A stretch of 64,000 nt of DNA from Myxococcales bacterium (GCA_037445065.1 JBBILD010000019.1:1-64000), one strand, 5' to 3'; positions 30,187 through 39,741 are shown, numbered from the stretch's first letter. Numbers and translations are program-made. The notes: generated from the sequence alone by a model not told the origin.

Positions 30187-31680
30187 TCATGAATCCGCCA
30201 TGGAATCCGAGCCTAAGAACGGACTGCCACTTACTTGGATCTCCGCCTCTACGGGGGCTCTCCTCGTTTCCTCCAGCGCGGAGAGTGTTGGAGACGATTC
30301 TGAAGCCTGCGCGTCGCTCGATTCGAAGTCGAACACGGAGTCGAGCAGTCGGGAGATCCCGCGCTCGGAAAGCGCGGCTTGCCGCGCAGCAGGGTCCTCC
30401 CAGTTCGCGGGCGTCGGCCGATCCGGGCTGGACACGCCGATCACTTCGCTTTGGGCCCACTCTGGCAAGCGGGCTGCCGTGCGCAGTTGCTCCCACAATG
30501 CGCCGGAAGGTGCCACTTCGGTTACGACCAGTGACGGAGCAAGCAGGCGGAGCATCATCGGCAACTGGCGGAAGCCTTCGCAAATCGTGAACGCCTGCCA
30601 CTCTGGGTGCGCGGCCAGCAGGGCGGGGACTTGCCGCCACATCGTTCCACCCTTGTGACAGAGAACCAGGACGCGCTGCTTTTGTGGGGGGGCCTCGTTG
30701 CTCACCGCTGCAGCGGAAGTGGCCCGGAACAACAGGCGGCAGGCCCGCCGGAAGATCTCATGCAAAGAGCCGTCGAGAGAACGAACGGAGCCATCGCTGT
30801 ACATGAGGTATTTGGCTCCCGAACGGGCGTGGCGGACACCCTCGGCCAGTTCCTTGGAGAGCGCCTCGAGCAGGTCTACGTAGGACTTTGCCTGATCGGC
30901 GGCGGCACCCAGCGGGGTGTCGACCTCCTCGACGTACACACCCTCGATACTTGCACGTAGGGTCTCGAACATGAGGTCCAGCGCCTCGCGCCGTTCCGCC
31001 TCGCTGGCAAACGCGGGAAGCGAACTCTCCACGGGAACCGCCTCTGGGCGGGCTCTCCGCGGTGCTCGGGGCGCGGCGGCTGGGCGCGGCGGCCTTTCGG
31101 CGGGAGGTTTTGCAACCATCGCTTCCGCGGGGAACGGCGGGGTTGCAGGAATGTGGTCGTGGAAGGCTGGAGGCGGAGGTGGCGACGGCGGCGGTGCGGC
31201 GGTGGCCATTTCCTCCGCAGCCGGCTCGGGTGATGGCATGGGCGGGAGGGAGAGTCCCTCGGCTTCGTGAACGGGCACGGCCGCCTTTACCTGTTCGCCG
31301 GCTGCCGTCTTTGCCAATACTTCGGCCACGATGCCGGTGACCACCTGGGGTTTGAACGGCTTGGCGATGTAGCTCACCACGTTGGTCGCATCCCGGTACG
31401 CCTGGCGGATCTCTGCCCCTTTGGCGGATACCAGAATCACCGGGATGTGAGCGGTCTCGGGGTCAAGGGCGAGATGCTGGCAGACCTCGCTCCCTCTCAT
31501 GTCGGGCAAGATGAAATCGAGCAGGATGACGTCAGGTTTGAACGATTTTGCTTTGGCGAGGGCGTCTGCGCCATCCACTGCCAGCTCGAGTTCGTACCCA
31601 GCGGGCCTCAAGACGATTTCCAGTGCCTTGCGGATGGTAAGGCTGTCGTCGACGCCAAGAACTCGTGCTCTTCGTTCCAT
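30187..31680 (-). CDS. Response regulator: N-terminal REC, Pro/Ala linker, unassigned C-terminal domain
   Basis: VDDS...LLDF...VSAK...AKPF canonical receiver; PPPSPPPPP linker. Confidence 0.85.
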   Translation of the reverse strand: MERRARVLGVDDSLTIRKALEIVLRPAGYELELAVDGADALAKAKSFKPDVILLDFILPDMRGSEVCQHLALDPETAHIPVILVSAKGAEIRQAYRDATNVVSYIAKPFKPQVVTGIVAEVLAKTAAGEQVKAAVPVHEAEGLSLPPMPSPEPAAEEMATAAPPPSPPPPPAFHDHIPATPPFPAEAMVAKPPAERPPRPAAAPRAPRRARPEAVPVESSLPAFASEAERREALDLMFETLRASIEGVYVEEVDTPLGAAADQAKSYVDLLEALSKELAEGVRHARSGAKYLMYSDGSVRSLDGSLHEIFRRACRLLFRATSAAAVSNEAPPQKQRVLVLCHKGGTMWRQVPALLAAHPEWQAFTICEGFRQLPMMLRLLAPSLVVTEVAPSGALWEQLRTAARLPEWAQSEVIGVSSPDRPTPANWEDPAARQAALSERGISRLLDSVFDFESSDAQASESSPTLSALEETRRAPVEAEIQVSGSPFLGSDSMADS

Positions 31681-31706
31681 AGAATCGAACTCCGTCCCCT
31701 AGGAAA

Positions 31707-32726
31707 TCAAAGCCCTTGTGCTTCCCGCAGGTGCCGGACGCGTCGTTCCTCGGTAAGCTGCGCAATCGCTTCGACTAGAACCCAGGCGGTCGCCTCCTGC
31801 ATACGGGGTACCACCCCGTCGGTTGGCTCTTTGTGAAACTCGTAGGTGCCATCGCGTAGAGCCAGCACTTCTTTGACCGCTGGCTTGCCGCGCTCGGCCC
31901 CGAACAGCGCGTCCACTAAGCGCCCACCCGTGAAGACCAACTTGCCAGATTGGTTGGGCGCAGAGATCGCGACGGTCCCGGACTCACCCGCTGCGGCAAG
32001 CGTAAGCAGGTCGCGTAGTAGGGTGCCGTTATTCAACGGCGCGCACAAAGCACCATCGCTTCCCCCCGCCTGCTCGAGTGCTTTGAGCACCATCTGCGCA
32101 GCTTTCGCTGTCCGGTTTTGGCCGTTGCGCTTGGCAAGGCGAGCGTAAGCCTTGAGATTACTGGCGCTGGGCCGTTGCCTTAGTTCTGGCAAGAGGCGCT
32201 CGAGCCGCTGCTGGCGGTCGCGGAAGGCGAGCGCGTCCGGCAACAACGGATCCAGGGCGTCTCGCAGCTCGGCGCTGAGCAACCGGCTCGGTTCGAGCAG
32301 TACATGTACTTGCTCATCGAGCTCCACCAAATGGCCGACCGGGTTGCCTCCGTCGCGCAGCACCGCGGCTGGAACCGGTGAGCAGTGGCTGAGATCGAGG
32401 TCGCGCACACCCACACACTCGTCTACTTGCACCGCCAGCAAGGCAGAGCCCGACCGGACCACAGCAAAAAGCGGACGGGGCTGCACCTCGACAACGGCTT
32501 CTAAGCCGAAGGCTCTGCGCAGGTCGAGCACCCAGGCAGGCTGGCCGCGGTGAATCAAGAAGGCCTGGCTCGACCCGTCGGCGGCCTTGAGAGAATGCAG
32601 GGATACCTCTTTGCGCGGGTAGATTGCCTCGACCCAGTCCAGGTGGAGGCAGAATTTTCCGTCATCGACGTGAAAAACAAGCACTCTCGCCGGTGGTAGG
32701 GTGTCCATTTGTGCCTTTTCGAACAT
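31707..32726 (-). CDS. CheW-like domain fused to DUF4388 (PatA N-terminal-like) domain
   Basis: N-terminal CheW-like pattern (RGQPAWVLDLR..FGL, AVQVDECVG). C-terminal LRDLL...SGTVAI...GKLVFTGGRLVDA...G..A..EVL...GTYEF. Confidence 0.75.
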   Translation of the reverse strand: MFEKAQMDTLPPARVLVFHVDDGKFCLHLDWVEAIYPRKEVSLHSLKAADGSSQAFLIHRGQPAWVLDLRRAFGLEAVVEVQPRPLFAVVRSGSALLAVQVDECVGVRDLDLSHCSPVPAAVLRDGGNPVGHLVELDEQVHVLLEPSRLLSAELRDALDPLLPDALAFRDRQQRLERLLPELRQRPSASNLKAYARLAKRNGQNRTAKAAQMVLKALEQAGGSDGALCAPLNNGTLLRDLLTLAAAGESGTVAISAPNQSGKLVFTGGRLVDALFGAERGKPAVKEVLALRDGTYEFHKEPTDGVVPRMQEATAWVLVEAIAQLTEERRVRHLREAQGL

Positions 32727-32754
32727 CCAAGTCCTCCCGCGGACGGGGTGGGAC

Positions 32755-32770
32755 AGCAGAAGCTATGCCA
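32755..32770 (-). promoter_or_regulatory. Sigma54 (-24/-12) promoter of the chemosensory operon
   Basis: Minus strand TGGCATAGCTTCTGCT with GG-N10-GC spacing, just upstream of a GGAGG RBS and the ATG at 32726. Confidence 0.65.
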
Positions 32771-32952
32771 CTTGTCGGGGCCGATACACCCTTTTTGCCT
32801 CCGAGGGGCCTGTACCCGGCGTGTGCTATTCATTTGGCGCAGCGTTCAACGTGCGTCACGCCAAATTAGTGTGGAGCTGTTCGAGAAGGGACGGAGAGCA
32901 AGTTTGCACGCCGGGCTGCCCAGAGAGCATGGGTTTTGCTCCCCATGACCCC

Positions 32953-33306
32953 ATGTTCTCACTGCGACTACAGACGTGTCTCGTTTTGATTTGCCTGTCT
33001 TCTGCCTCGCTAGCCGCTGCCCAGGGTATCGATTGGAGCGATTACTTCCCCGGAGATCCGTTAGCGCGACCCGAAGCGCGAGCGCGATCGCAGGAGGGAA
33101 GCGACCAGCGCGAGCGTGACGGGTCGCGAGAGGCGGACAGGGGCAGGAAACCGAGTCGTGCCGAACCGAGCGCAAGCGGGGAGCAAGAGGAACGGCAAGT
33201 GACCCGCCGACAAGGTGGCCAGCCAGCCGGCAAGACGAACACGAAAGCACGACCTGCCCGTCGCGCGAGTGTGGAAGGGCGAGCGCGGGGGAGCACGCGG
33301 CCCTGA
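32953..33306 (+). CDS. Hypothetical small secreted protein
   Basis: Signal-peptide-like start (CLVLICLSSASLAAA-Q) and a charged low-complexity tail. Fills the gap before thiL. Confidence 0.4.
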   Translation: MFSLRLQTCLVLICLSSASLAAAQGIDWSDYFPGDPLARPEARARSQEGSDQRERDGSREADRGRKPSRAEPSASGEQEERQVTRRQGGQPAGKTNTKARPARRASVEGRARGSTRP

Positions 33307-33495
33307 AGCGAAGCGGGAACCGGCTGATCGACTGCGCCGGTTTGTGAAAGCTGGTTCAGGGGTAGTTCCGACCCGGTTCGACTGGCGCCGTCCGAGTGCC
33401 CGCCTAGCGGCGCTGCGGGTACAGGAGCATGCCGCCCCTTGATCCGGCTGTGCCGGAGAGCCAAGGTGCCAAGCCGCTTTGCGTAAGCTGTCGGG

Positions 33496-34455
33496 ATGAA
33501 AATTGGCGAGTTCGAGTTCCTGCGCAGAATCTTGCCTACTCTACCTCAGCAACGGGGTGTGGTGGTTGGGCCGGGGCATGACTGCGCAAGGGTGCGGGTG
33601 AATGGAAAGGACTGGCTCCTGACGTCGGATACGCTGGTCGAAGGTACGCACTTCTTGCGCGAATGGTTGACGCCGTACAACCTCGGTTGGCGCGCGTTTG
33701 CGGTGAACGCCAGCGATATTGCCGCGATGGGCGGTAAACCCCGCTTTGCGTTGGTGAGTTTGACGGTTCCGAAGAGCTACTCGGAAGTTGAGTTGAAGCG
33801 CGTCGAGCGGGGAATCGCATCTGCTGCGGGCGAGGCCGGCGTGAGCGTGGTTGGGGGCAACATCAGCCGGGGAAGAGAATTTTCGGTCACCTTGACCTTA
33901 GTGGGCGAGGCTCCGGCTCGCGTGGTCACGAGGGCAGGCGCTCAGGTGGGAGACCGGATTTTCGTGAGCGGCACGCTGGGAGACGCCGCCCTTGCAGTCG
34001 AGCGTTTGCGGGAGAAGCAACCTGTTGCACCCGCGTTGTACCGGCGCTGGGTGCGTCCGACGCCGCGTTTGGAATTGGGGCGGCGCCTCGCTGTGCAAGG
34101 TCTGGTCACGGCGATGATTGACGTGAGCGACGGGTTGTTACAGGACCTCAGGCACATTTGTGCGGCGAGTGGCGTGGGCGCAGTGGTAAACGGACCCATG
34201 GTTCCACGCTCGAGCAGTTACAACCATTGCTCGGGTGGGAAGCTCGACCGTGCGCTGGGTGGGGGCGAGGACTACGAGTTGCTTTTCACCGTGCCCCTGC
34301 GAAAAACCGAGCTCGTCATGAAGGTTGCGCTCGAACTTTCCTTGCGCGTGACTTGTATTGGTGAGGTGCAGCCGGGTGGGCGGATCGCCGTGTTAGACTC
34401 CCGAGGAGGGCTCCTCGAGGTCAAGGAACGCGGCTTCGACCACTTTCGCCAGTGA
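33496..34455 (+). CDS. thiL: Thiamine-monophosphate kinase
   Basis: GEFE, DTLVEGTHF, NASDIAAMGG, IDVSDGL, GGEDYELLF, GFDHF. Confidence 0.96.
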   Translation: MKIGEFEFLRRILPTLPQQRGVVVGPGHDCARVRVNGKDWLLTSDTLVEGTHFLREWLTPYNLGWRAFAVNASDIAAMGGKPRFALVSLTVPKSYSEVELKRVERGIASAAGEAGVSVVGGNISRGREFSVTLTLVGEAPARVVTRAGAQVGDRIFVSGTLGDAALAVERLREKQPVAPALYRRWVRPTPRLELGRRLAVQGLVTAMIDVSDGLLQDLRHICAASGVGAVVNGPMVPRSSSYNHCSGGKLDRALGGGEDYELLFTVPLRKTELVMKVALELSLRVTCIGEVQPGGRIAVLDSRGGLLEVKERGFDHFRQ

Positions 34456-34467
34456 CAAGGTGCAGCG

Positions 34468-35220
34468 GTGACAGCAGAGCAACTGCGGCAGATTCTTCAG
34501 TTGGTCCGATCTGGAGAACTGAGTCCTGAGGAGGCTGTTGATCGCTTGCGGACGCTTCCGTTCGAAGACTTGGGTTTCGCCAAGGTGGATCACCACCGCG
34601 CGATTCGCACGGGCATGCCGGAAGTGATCTTCGGTGCCGGAAAAACGGTGGACCAAATTGTCGAGATTTCTCAGCGCTTGGCGGCTCGCGGACAGGACGT
34701 GCTGATTACCCGCTTGGGTGCTGAGGAGGCGCGGCAAGTGCAAGTACACCTTCCCGATCTCGTCTATCACCCGGTGGGGCGAATCGCGGTATGGAGGAAG
34801 ACAGAGCCCTCACCGAATCTGAGGCGGGGCACCGTGCTCGTCGTCGCAGCCGGAACCGCTGACTTGCCGGTCGCAGAAGAGGCCGCGGTTACGGCGGAGG
34901 CGTTAGGAAACAAGGTGGAACGGTTGCACGACGTCGGCGTCGCTGGCATCCATCGCCTGCTTGCGCACGTTGAGCGGTTGCGGCGTGCCGCAGTGCTCAT
35001 CGTCGTTGCGGGAATGGAGGGCGCCCTCCCGAGCGTCGTTGCCGGCCTCGTGGACCGACCTGTGATCGCGGTTCCTACTAGCGTGGGATACGGTGCGAGC
35101 TTTCGGGGGTTGGCGGCGCTCCTGGCAATGCTCAACTCGTGCGCGGCAGGTGTGACCGTGGTCAATATCGATAATGGCTTCGGAGCCGCGGTGGCTGCCA
35201 ACCTGATTAACCGCGCCTAA
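34468..35220 (+). CDS. larB: Nickel-pincer cofactor biosynthesis protein LarB
   Basis: [47 protein letters not shown]. Confidence 0.93.
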   Translation: MTAEQLRQILQLVRSGELSPEEAVDRLRTLPFEDLGFAKVDHHRAIRTGMPEVIFGAGKTVDQIVEISQRLAARGQDVLITRLGAEEARQVQVHLPDLVYHPVGRIAVWRKTEPSPNLRRGTVLVVAAGTADLPVAEEAAVTAEALGNKVERLHDVGVAGIHRLLAHVERLRRAAVLIVVAGMEGALPSVVAGLVDRPVIAVPTSVGYGASFRGLAALLAMLNSCAAGVTVVNIDNGFGAAVAANLINRA

Positions 35221-35274
35221 GCTCGCTGAGAAAAGCACTTGCCTGGGTGCGAATCTTGCCGCAGGCTAATTGGT

Positions 35275-36990
35275 ATGCGTGCACATCGCTCGTTTTGGTG
35301 TTTGCTTGCTGGCTTGCAAGCGTTGGCTGCGACTTCGGATAGCTGGGCGCTTTCCTTACGGTTTTACGGTCATGGCTCGGGTGATATCGATCGCGTGAAG
35401 ATCCCGCTCGACAGCCCACCGCGCACGGTGGATGTCGGTGGGGACTTCACGCTGGAGTGGTGGCTGAAGGCGAACCTTGCAGACAACAATACACCGTCCT
35501 GCACCACCGGGAACGACAACTGGATCACTGGCAACGTAGTGTTCGACCGCGACGTATTTGGCGGAGGAGACTACGGGGACTACGGCATTTCGCTGCGCGG
35601 GGGTAAGGTCGCCTTTGGCGTACACAATGGGACGAGCGGAGAAGGAATCTGCGGTAGCACGAATGTAGCCGACGGTGCCTGGCATCATATCGCCGTTACG
35701 CGCGAGGCCAGTACTGGCACCATGCGCATTTACGTGGACGGAAACCTGGATGGCAGCGGGATGGGACCAACTGGAGACATAAGTTACCGCGACGGCCGAA
35801 CCACAAGTTATCCGAATTCCGACCCCTACCTGGTGATCGGTGCCGAGAAGCATGATGCGGGTCCTTCGTATCCTTCATTTAACGGTTGGATTGATGAAGT
35901 GCGGCTTTCCTCGGTGGTCCGGTATTCGTCGAATTTCACTCCACCGACCACGCCATTTTCGGCCGATGGAGATACGCTGCTGTTGTTTCACTTCGATGAA
36001 GGGACGGCCAATAGCCCCTGCAACGGCACGGTGACCGATAGCTCCCCGGGCGCTCAGAATCCGGGGCAGTGCCAGTATGGCGGATCAGCTCCGGCCGGGC
36101 CGGTGTATTCGGCCGACACGCCATTCGGGCCTCCAGTTCGAGATGTCGTGGTACTTCCCCGTCGACCGCTCTCGGTGCGCTTGCCGAGCAGCGGACAAAC
36201 GGTGACCAAGCGCATGCGCGTGGCCGTGCGCAATGCCTCGGAATCCCCAGGAATGGACATCACGGTGCAGTTGAGTGCGACGAGCGATTGTCCCCCAGGT
36301 GTCCTGTCGTCTCAGCCTGATTTTGACCCCTCGACCCCAGTTGCGGAGTCGGCGACGACGATCGCACCCAAGAGAACACGGAAAGCGGTTCTCAGCTTGT
36401 CCTTCGATCCCAATGACTTTTCGACGCCGAACCGACTCGCGCCGCTGCGTTGCCGGGTATCGCTGAGTGCGGTGATCAACCAGCCATCTGGAGCGACGGA
36501 TCCCAACCCGAGTAATAATGCCTTCGATGTGGAAGTGAATGTTGTGGACTTGGGTGACCCGCAAATGCCCGTGGTACATGAGAACGTGTTAGCTAGTTTG
36601 TCGCCAACGACGCTCCGAATCCGCAAAAACCTTTCCAGCAAGAGCAAGAGAATCACGCTGCGCGTGACGAACGCAGACGCAAACGAACCGGCCGGCGATT
36701 CTCTCTCGGTTTCCGTCCTTTCGACGGATTGTCCGTCGGGAACCGTGGGCGCCGTTGACTTCGACCCAGTCAGCCCCGGAGAACAAAACTCGGTAATCGT
36801 CCCCGGGCGCAAAACTCGTTCCGGTAAGGTGGAACTGAACGCTCTGGCCGTGGACGTGGCCACGCCGAGCCGCCTCTCGCCCTTCCGGTGCGTGACCCGC
36901 TTCGGGGTCGTGGGGCCGGGGAGTGATCCGGAAACCACAAACAACGAGACCGAGCTGATACTCGATGTCTACGACGCAAACGACTTCTGA
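35275..36990 (+). CDS. Secreted LamG/ConA-like lectin-domain protein with two tandem C-terminal ~130-aa repeats
   Basis: Signal peptide; DFTLEWW, DGAWHHIAVT, IYVDG, FNGWIDEVRLS, HFDEG; duplicated DCP.G...DFDP...RC...DP...NN module. Confidence 0.85.
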   Translation: MRAHRSFWCLLAGLQALAATSDSWALSLRFYGHGSGDIDRVKIPLDSPPRTVDVGGDFTLEWWLKANLADNNTPSCTTGNDNWITGNVVFDRDVFGGGDYGDYGISLRGGKVAFGVHNGTSGEGICGSTNVADGAWHHIAVTREASTGTMRIYVDGNLDGSGMGPTGDISYRDGRTTSYPNSDPYLVIGAEKHDAGPSYPSFNGWIDEVRLSSVVRYSSNFTPPTTPFSADGDTLLLFHFDEGTANSPCNGTVTDSSPGAQNPGQCQYGGSAPAGPVYSADTPFGPPVRDVVVLPRRPLSVRLPSSGQTVTKRMRVAVRNASESPGMDITVQLSATSDCPPGVLSSQPDFDPSTPVAESATTIAPKRTRKAVLSLSFDPNDFSTPNRLAPLRCRVSLSAVINQPSGATDPNPSNNAFDVEVNVVDLGDPQMPVVHENVLASLSPTTLRIRKNLSSKSKRITLRVTNADANEPAGDSLSVSVLSTDCPSGTVGAVDFDPVSPGEQNSVIVPGRKTRSGKVELNALAVDVATPSRLSPFRCVTRFGVVGPGSDPETTNNETELILDVYDANDF

Positions 36991-37060
36991 GCGAGAATTG
37001 GCTTTCCCAAAGTTCGGAACACTCTTGCCCTTGTAAGTCCGTTTTTCCCTCCGTTCTTGG

Positions 37061-37076
37061 TGGCATGCCTCTTGGA
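37061..37076 (+). promoter_or_regulatory. Sigma54-like motif (variant -12 GG) upstream of the nos cytochrome c gene
   Basis: TGGCAT-GCCTC-TTGGA; a matching motif lies before nosZ. Confidence 0.4.
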
Positions 37077-37159
37077 TTGAGGTCCAGCCACCGTGCCGGT
37101 GAAAGCTGGCTGGGCCGCTCTCTTTGAGCAGGAGATGATCGGAAGGAGGGAACTGGAAT

Positions 37160-37615
37160 ATGGCCGGAAATAAGGTTTGGTGTGTGCTCGCAGTGTTCCT
37201 GTTCATTGGGGCATGTGAGCGCGGGCAGGTTGAGGAGAAAGGGTCCCAAGGCGCCGTGGGGTCGGTCAATGCACACCCCGGGAAAGGAGTCGGCCCGATT
37301 CGTGAGGTACAACTGGGGCCGCTTGATAAAGAGTTAGCCGCGAAGGGGCATGCGCTCTTCGAGCAGAAGTGTGCGGCTTGCCACCGGTTGGACGAGCGCT
37401 TCGTCGGTCCTGCGGTGCGCGGTGTGACGAAACGGCGCTCGCCCGAGTGGATCATGAACATGGTGCTCAACCCTGTGGAAATGACTCAAAAAGACCCGAC
37501 AGCACAAGAACTTTTGGCCACGTACCTGACGCAAATGACCTTTCAAAACGTGTCGCCTGAAGACGCGCGCGCGATTCTAGAGCATTTTCGCGAAATAGAC
37601 GGGGCCGGATCCTGA
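37160..37615 (+). CDS. Monoheme cytochrome c associated with clade II nos cluster
   Basis: AGGAGG RBS, lipobox-like IGAC, CAACH heme motif, GPA..GVT.RR.PEWIMN. Confidence 0.92.
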   Translation: MAGNKVWCVLAVFLFIGACERGQVEEKGSQGAVGSVNAHPGKGVGPIREVQLGPLDKELAAKGHALFEQKCAACHRLDERFVGPAVRGVTKRRSPEWIMNMVLNPVEMTQKDPTAQELLATYLTQMTFQNVSPEDARAILEHFREIDGAGS

Positions 37616-37711
37616 GCAACGGATTTCGAAAGCTTGCAAAGGTTCCACTGCTGCGTGGCGTCGGAGCAAAGGCGAGTGGCGATCGCAAGCGGCACACGCA
37701 AGCATCGGCTG

Positions 37712-37727
37712 TGGCATCGGAATTGGT
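37712..37727 (+). promoter_or_regulatory. Sigma54-like motif (variant -12 GG) upstream of nosZ
   Basis: TGGCAT-CGGAA-TTGGT, ending 37 nt before the nosZ ATG. Confidence 0.4.
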
Positions 37728-37764
37728 TGTTCCTTGCTACGCGGTCGCAGGAAAGGAGGGAAAG

Positions 37765-39729
37765 ATGAGCAGCACAAAACAGTTTGCCTGGTTGTTCGCG
37801 GGGTGTGTATTCGTGCTGATGGCACATGGAGGTTGCAAACCAAAGTCCTCCTCGCAGGGCTTAATTGCGGAGGATGCGGCGCAAAGAGTCTACGTCGCGC
37901 CCGGCAAGTACGACGAGTTTTATGCGTTTCTTTCCGGGGGTTTTTCGGGGCAAGTGGCGGCTTACGGTTTACCGTCTGGTAGGCTGCTGCGCGTGATTCC
38001 GGTGTTTGCCGTAAACCCAGAGAACGGGTACGGATTTTCCGAAGAAACCAAGCCGCTTCTCATGACCTCCCACGGTTTCATTCCGTGGGACGACTACCAT
38101 CACCCCGAACTCTCGCAAACCGACGGGGTGCCTGATGGGCGGTGGTTGTTTGGGAACTCGAACAACACCCCGCGAATCGCGCGCACGGACCTCAGCACAT
38201 TCGAGACCGTGGAGATTTTGGAGATCCCGAACTCCGGAGGGAATCACGCTTCGCCGTTCGTGACCCCCGACACCAAATACGTGGTCTCGGCAACGCGGTT
38301 TTCGGTTCCTATCCCGCAGCGCGATGTGCCGATTGCGACGTACAAGGAAAATTTCCGCGGCACGCTGAATTTCGTTGCGGTGGATCCGCAGACGGGCCGG
38401 ATGTCCCTTGCCTTTCAGATTCTCGTCCCTGGCTTGGACTACGATCTGGCGCACTGCGGGAAGGGGCCGTCGTACGGATGGTGCTTTTTCACCTCGTACA
38501 ATACCGAGCAAGCGCACACCTTGCTGGAAATCCGGGCTTCGCAAAACGACAAGGATTTTATTGCGGCGGTGAACTGGGAGCGGGCTGAGGAGTGCTTGAA
38601 AGAAGGCAAGGGGCAGCTTTGGGACGCGGAGTACTACCACAACGTTTACGACGAGGAGAAACACCTTGCCACGAGCGAGATTCTCCGCAAGGTAACGGTG
38701 CTCGAACCCGCGAACTGCCCGAATTTGATGTACTACCTGCCCACGCCCAAGTCGCCGCACGGCGTGGATGTAGACCCCAGTGGGGAGTACATCGTAGGGG
38801 GAGGCAAGCTCGCGACTGTGATCCCGGTGCATTCGTTCATGAAGATGCAGAAGGCCATCGCTGAGAAGAAATTTGCCGGCGATGTGGCGGGGATTCCGGT
38901 TCTGGCTTATGAGGCGACCCTTGCGGGTGAGGTCCAGAAGCCCTGTTTGGGTCCGTTGCACACAGAGTTCGACGGCCAAGGGTTCGCTTACACATCGTGT
39001 TTCGTCAGCTCCGAGGTGGTGAAGTGGCAATTGGGAACGTGGCAAGTGGTGGATCGTGTTCCCACGTACTACTCGATTGGTCACTTACTGATCCCGGGAG
39101 GCGATTCGCAGAAGCCACGGGGCAAGTACCTGCTTGCCATGAACAAGATCACCAAGGACCGCTACTTGCCAACCGGGCCGGAATTGGCGCAGTCTGCGCA
39201 ACTGTACGACATCTCGGGGAAGAAAATGCGCTTGCTACTCGATTTCCCGACCGTGGGTGAGCCGCACTACGCGCAAGCCTTACCCGCAGAGCTGTTGCTC
39301 AAGCGGATGGCCAAGATCTACCCGATCGAAAAGAACCAGCATCCGTACGCGCTCAAGAACGAGAAGGAAGCCAGAGTCGAGCGCCAGGGTAACGTCGTGC
39401 ACGTCTACTTGGCGGCGATTCGCAGCCACTTTACGCCCGACAACATCGAGGGAATCCGGGTGGGCGACACGGTGTTCTTTCACATGACGAACCTCGAGCA
39501 AGACTGGGACATCCCGCACGGCCTGGCTCTGTTCGGTTCGGAGAATGCTGAGGTTCTGGTCATGCCGGGACAAACAAAAACCCTGCGCTGGCAGCCCAAG
39601 AAAGCCGGTGTATATCCCTTTTACTGCACGGACTTTTGCTCTGCGCTGCACCAGGAAATGCAGGGCTATGTTCGGGTTTCAGAAGCAAACGCGGATGTTC
39701 CCCTGCACTACGGCACCGGGAAGGATTAG
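37765..39729 (+). CDS. nosZ: Nitrous oxide reductase, clade II (Sec-dependent)
   Basis: No twin-arginine motif. FLSGGFSGQ; CuZ histidines DYHH, GNH, PHG, GPLH, GH, EPH; CuA site PHG...CTDFCSALHQEM. Confidence 0.97.
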   Translation: MSSTKQFAWLFAGCVFVLMAHGGCKPKSSSQGLIAEDAAQRVYVAPGKYDEFYAFLSGGFSGQVAAYGLPSGRLLRVIPVFAVNPENGYGFSEETKPLLMTSHGFIPWDDYHHPELSQTDGVPDGRWLFGNSNNTPRIARTDLSTFETVEILEIPNSGGNHASPFVTPDTKYVVSATRFSVPIPQRDVPIATYKENFRGTLNFVAVDPQTGRMSLAFQILVPGLDYDLAHCGKGPSYGWCFFTSYNTEQAHTLLEIRASQNDKDFIAAVNWERAEECLKEGKGQLWDAEYYHNVYDEEKHLATSEILRKVTVLEPANCPNLMYYLPTPKSPHGVDVDPSGEYIVGGGKLATVIPVHSFMKMQKAIAEKKFAGDVAGIPVLAYEATLAGEVQKPCLGPLHTEFDGQGFAYTSCFVSSEVVKWQLGTWQVVDRVPTYYSIGHLLIPGGDSQKPRGKYLLAMNKITKDRYLPTGPELAQSAQLYDISGKKMRLLLDFPTVGEPHYAQALPAELLLKRMAKIYPIEKNQHPYALKNEKEARVERQGNVVHVYLAAIRSHFTPDNIEGIRVGDTVFFHMTNLEQDWDIPHGLALFGSENAEVLVMPGQTKTLRWQPKKAGVYPFYCTDFCSALHQEMQGYVRVSEANADVPLHYGTGKD

Positions 39730-39741
39730 GAGCCGGTTCTC

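Noticed and set aside
33215..33442. Possible frameshifted continuation of the small secreted ORF
   Set aside because: No recognisable domain in either frame and no convincing slippery site.
36991..37764. FNR/DNR box upstream of nos genes
   Set aside because: No TTGAT-N4-ATCAA match found in the intergenic parts.
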